Part shown: positions 61,577 through 64,000 of the stretch, piece by piece
Layout of the letters: the number at the start of each line of letters is the position of its first letter
Numbering within the stretch: the first letter of the stretch is position 1
DNA from: an uncultured Phycisphaerales bacterium
Lineage (GTDB): Bacteria; Planctomycetota; Phycisphaerae; Tepidisphaerales; Tepidisphaeraceae
Direction: 5' to 3'
Length of the DNA stretch: 64,000 bases
NCBI GenBank assembly: GCA_963758525.1
Contig: CAVWVQ010000003.1
Span: forward strand, 1,952,001 to 2,016,000
Program-made: the position numbers and the translations under genes
The notes under the pieces: model-generated
Seen by the model: the letters and a program-made list of their open reading frames with translations, nothing else
Told to the model about the DNA's origin: nothing
Databases searched by the model: none

Positions 61577-63396
61577 GCGACGACCTTCTGCCCTATTACG
61601 AGAAGGAGCTCACGTTCATCCGCCGGATGGGCGCGCAGTTTGCCGAGCTTCGGCCCGATATCGCCGCGCGTCTTCGCCTGGGCCCTGACGACTCGCAGGA
61701 CCCGCACGTCGAGCGGATGATCGAGGCGTTCGCGCTGCTTGCCGCGCGGGTCCGCCACAAGCTGGACGATGATTTCCCCGAGCTCACGTCGGCGCTGGTG
61801 TCGGTGCTTTATCCGCATTACCAGGCGCCGATTCCGTCGATGTCGATCGCGCAATTCGCGCTGGATCGGAGCCAGGGGGACCTGGCCGAGGGATACCCGA
61901 TCCCGGTGCGCAGCGCGGTTGAAACCGAGCCGGTGGACGGAACGCCCTGCATCTATCAAACCGCTTATCCGGTGCATCTGTGGCCGATGGAAGTCAGCGG
62001 CGCGACGCTGAGCGGGCTGCCCGGCGGAACACCGGCGCAGGCGCTGCGGGCCGAGCCCACGAGCCTCCTGAGAATTGAGCTGGAGTGCTTCGCGAAGGAG
62101 ATGACGTTTGGCAAGCTGCAGATCCCCGCGATTCGCTTCTTTCTCAAAGGCCAGGACCAGCACGTCTTCCCGCTCTACGAATTGATTCTGAACAACATGG
62201 TGGCGCTGACGGTTGGCAATCCGCAGTCGAAGGAGCCGCCTGCGTTTCTCCCGTTGACGGCGCTGCGGCCCGTCGGGTTTGAACCCGGCGAGATGATGCT
62301 GAAGTATCCGCCTACCAGCTTCGTCGGCTACGGGCTGCTGAGCGAGTATTTCGCCTTTCCCCGAAAGTTCCTCTTCTTCGACATCGCGGGCCTGAGTCCG
62401 GACGTGCTCCGCGGCGTCGGGAAAAAACTCGAAATTGGAATTTATCTCGACGCCGTCAACACCGACCTGGAAAAAGTGGTTGCGCCCGATCTTTTCCGGC
62501 TGGGATGCACACCGATCGTCAATCTCTTCGAGCAGGTCGCCGAGCCGATCCGGCTGACCGAGACCGAAACCGAATACCGCATTGTCCCGTCGAGCCGGGA
62601 GCCCAAGGCGTACGAGATCTATTCGGTGGATCAGGTCACCGGGATCTCGGCCAAATCGGATACAACGGTTCAATACCAGCCGTTCTATTCCGTGCATCAC
62701 GGCGGCGCGGGAAACGCCCGAACGCCTTACTGGCATTCGGTGCGCCGATTTTCGGAAGGGGACAGCGGCGATCACGGCACCGAAGTGTTTCTGTCTTTCG
62801 CCGACCTCAATGGAGAAACGGCGCTGGTGGGCGACAGCACGCTGGAGGTGCGATTGACCTGCCTGAATCGGGATATGCCCAACCGCCTGGTGTTTGGCGG
62901 CGGGCGACCGGTGCTGCGCCTGGCGGAGGGCGGGCCGCTTGCGCCGGTCGAGTGCCTCGTCAAGCCAACCGATACGCTGCGCCCCCTGTCGCGTCCGGCG
63001 ATGTTCTGGCGGCTGATCTCGCACCTGTCGCTGAATCATTTGTCGCTCTGCGACACCGCCGGCAAAGCGCTGCGTGAAATTCTGATGCTCTACGATCTGT
63101 CCAACTCCGACGAAACGCGATCGCGCATCGCCAGCATCGTCGCCGTGCGCGGCAAGCGCGCGGTGGCGCGGGTGCACAGCGGCGGCGAGTTCGCGATCTG
63201 CCGCGGAGTCGAAGTGCAGATCGAGTTTGACGAAGCACGCTTTCGCGGCGTCTATCTGCTGGCCAGCGTCATCGAACGTTTTCTGGGACTTTACGCCAAC
63301 ATCAACTCGTTCTCCAAGCTGGTTGCCACCAGCCGACAGCGGGAAAAGGTGATTCATTCGTGGCTTCCGAGGACCGCCGAGCGCGTACTGCTCTGA
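61573..63396 (+). CDS. tssF: T6SS baseplate subunit TssF
   Basis: LLPYYEKEL, DPHVERMIEAFALLAAR, LYPHY..PIPSMSI, EYFAFPRKFLF, CTPIVNLF and WRLISHLSLNHLSL. Confidence 0.98.
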   Translation: MSDDLLPYYEKELTFIRRMGAQFAELRPDIAARLRLGPDDSQDPHVERMIEAFALLAARVRHKLDDDFPELTSALVSVLYPHYQAPIPSMSIAQFALDRSQGDLAEGYPIPVRSAVETEPVDGTPCIYQTAYPVHLWPMEVSGATLSGLPGGTPAQALRAEPTSLLRIELECFAKEMTFGKLQIPAIRFFLKGQDQHVFPLYELILNNMVALTVGNPQSKEPPAFLPLTALRPVGFEPGEMMLKYPPTSFVGYGLLSEYFAFPRKFLFFDIAGLSPDVLRGVGKKLEIGIYLDAVNTDLEKVVAPDLFRLGCTPIVNLFEQVAEPIRLTETETEYRIVPSSREPKAYEIYSVDQVTGISAKSDTTVQYQPFYSVHHGGAGNARTPYWHSVRRFSEGDSGDHGTEVFLSFADLNGETALVGDSTLEVRLTCLNRDMPNRLVFGGGRPVLRLAEGGPLAPVECLVKPTDTLRPLSRPAMFWRLISHLSLNHLSLCDTAGKALREILMLYDLSNSDETRSRIASIVAVRGKRAVARVHSGGEFAICRGVEVQIEFDEARFRGVYLLASVIERFLGLYANINSFSKLVATSRQREKVIHSWLPRTAERVLL

Positions 63397-64000
63397 TGGA
63401 GCGGGTGGTGCAGGAGGTGTATCGCTTCGACCTGTTTCAGGCGGTGCGACTCCTGGAGAAGTCCGCGTTTTTGTCGCCCGACGCGCCGCGCTTTCCGGTC
63501 GGATATGATTATCCGCCGGAGCGCGAATCGGTTCGTTTTCTGGCGCATGCGTCGCTGGCGTTTCCCGCATCGGCTGCGGTGCAGGCGCGCAGCGAGCCCG
63601 CGGAGGGCCGCGATGCGGGGGCCGCATCGGCGCAGCCGAAGTTAACCGTCTCCTGCATCGGTCTTACCGGCCCGGCAGGGGTTCTTCCCCAGCACTACAC
63701 CGCGCAATTGATCGCCCAGCTTCGTGAAAAAGAGCCGGCCCTGCGGGAATTTTTTGATCTCTTCAATCACCGGGTCATGTCCCTTTTTTACCGGGCATGG
63801 ACCAAGTACCGGCTCCCGGTCGATTTTGAACGCTCGCATCTTGCGTTCGCCGATTCGCGGCAGGACGCACGCCACGGCCATGCAGCTGAAGATACGGTGA
63901 CAACCGCCCTCTACTCCCTTCTGGGGCTTGGCACCAGCGGGCTTCGCGACCAGTTGCTCAACGATTCAGCGCCGCTGCACTATGCCGGGTTTCTGGCGCA
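63396..64000 (+). CDS. tssG: T6SS baseplate subunit TssG, partial (runs off the window)
   Basis: Hand translation from ATG 63396: YRFDLFQAVRLLE...VRFLAHASLAFP...GLTGPAGVLPQHYT...FFDLFNHR..LFYRAWTKY. Confidence 0.95.
   Translation, partial: MERVVQEVYRFDLFQAVRLLEKSAFLSPDAPRFPVGYDYPPERESVRFLAHASLAFPASAAVQARSEPAEGRDAGAASAQPKLTVSCIGLTGPAGVLPQHYTAQLIAQLREKEPALREFFDLFNHRVMSLFYRAWTKYRLPVDFERSHLAFADSRQDARHGHAAEDTVTTALYSLLGLGTSGLRDQLLNDSAPLHYAGFLA

Overview
GC-rich bacterial window, most likely from a Planctomycetota (Phycisphaerae/Tepidisphaerales-like) genome. This is inferred from the LExRxLLS leader proteins, the [AST]T[QR]P linkers and a PVC-type MoxR/BatA operon. Left to right: a partial LpxO-like hydroxylase; an AbiEi/AbiEii-like type IV toxin-antitoxin pair with a four-half-site palindromic operator; guaA; two small ORFs, one Cys/His-rich; a five-gene MoxR-vWA-beta-propeller (bpX) conflict operon; queC; tRNA-Ser(CGA); and a 12-gene, ~18 kb envelope operon (PQQ/TPR, SIMPL, prenyltransferase-like, MoxR, DUF58, BatA/vWA, vWA-GATase, coiled-coil, NPCBM). 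Directly upstream of that operon on the same strand are three giant paralogous surface proteins. A ~120-bp non-coding cassette with a CRP-like site is duplicated in front of both the operon and one giant gene. The rest of the window holds an outer-membrane beta-barrel, a pseudokinase-TM-TPR-Sel1 protein, a probable orphan antitoxin, a FliA/WhiG-type sigma factor and the start of a T6SS operon in imp-type order (tssA-B-C-C2-tagJ-E-F-G). Three REP-like palindrome families recur, and one copy appears to be translated inside a gene. About 12 frameshifts are present. Six are repaired by restoring one GC unit in a (GC)n run, so they look like sequencing or assembly errors rather than pseudogenes. 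Domain names come from motif recognition by eye; no database search was run.
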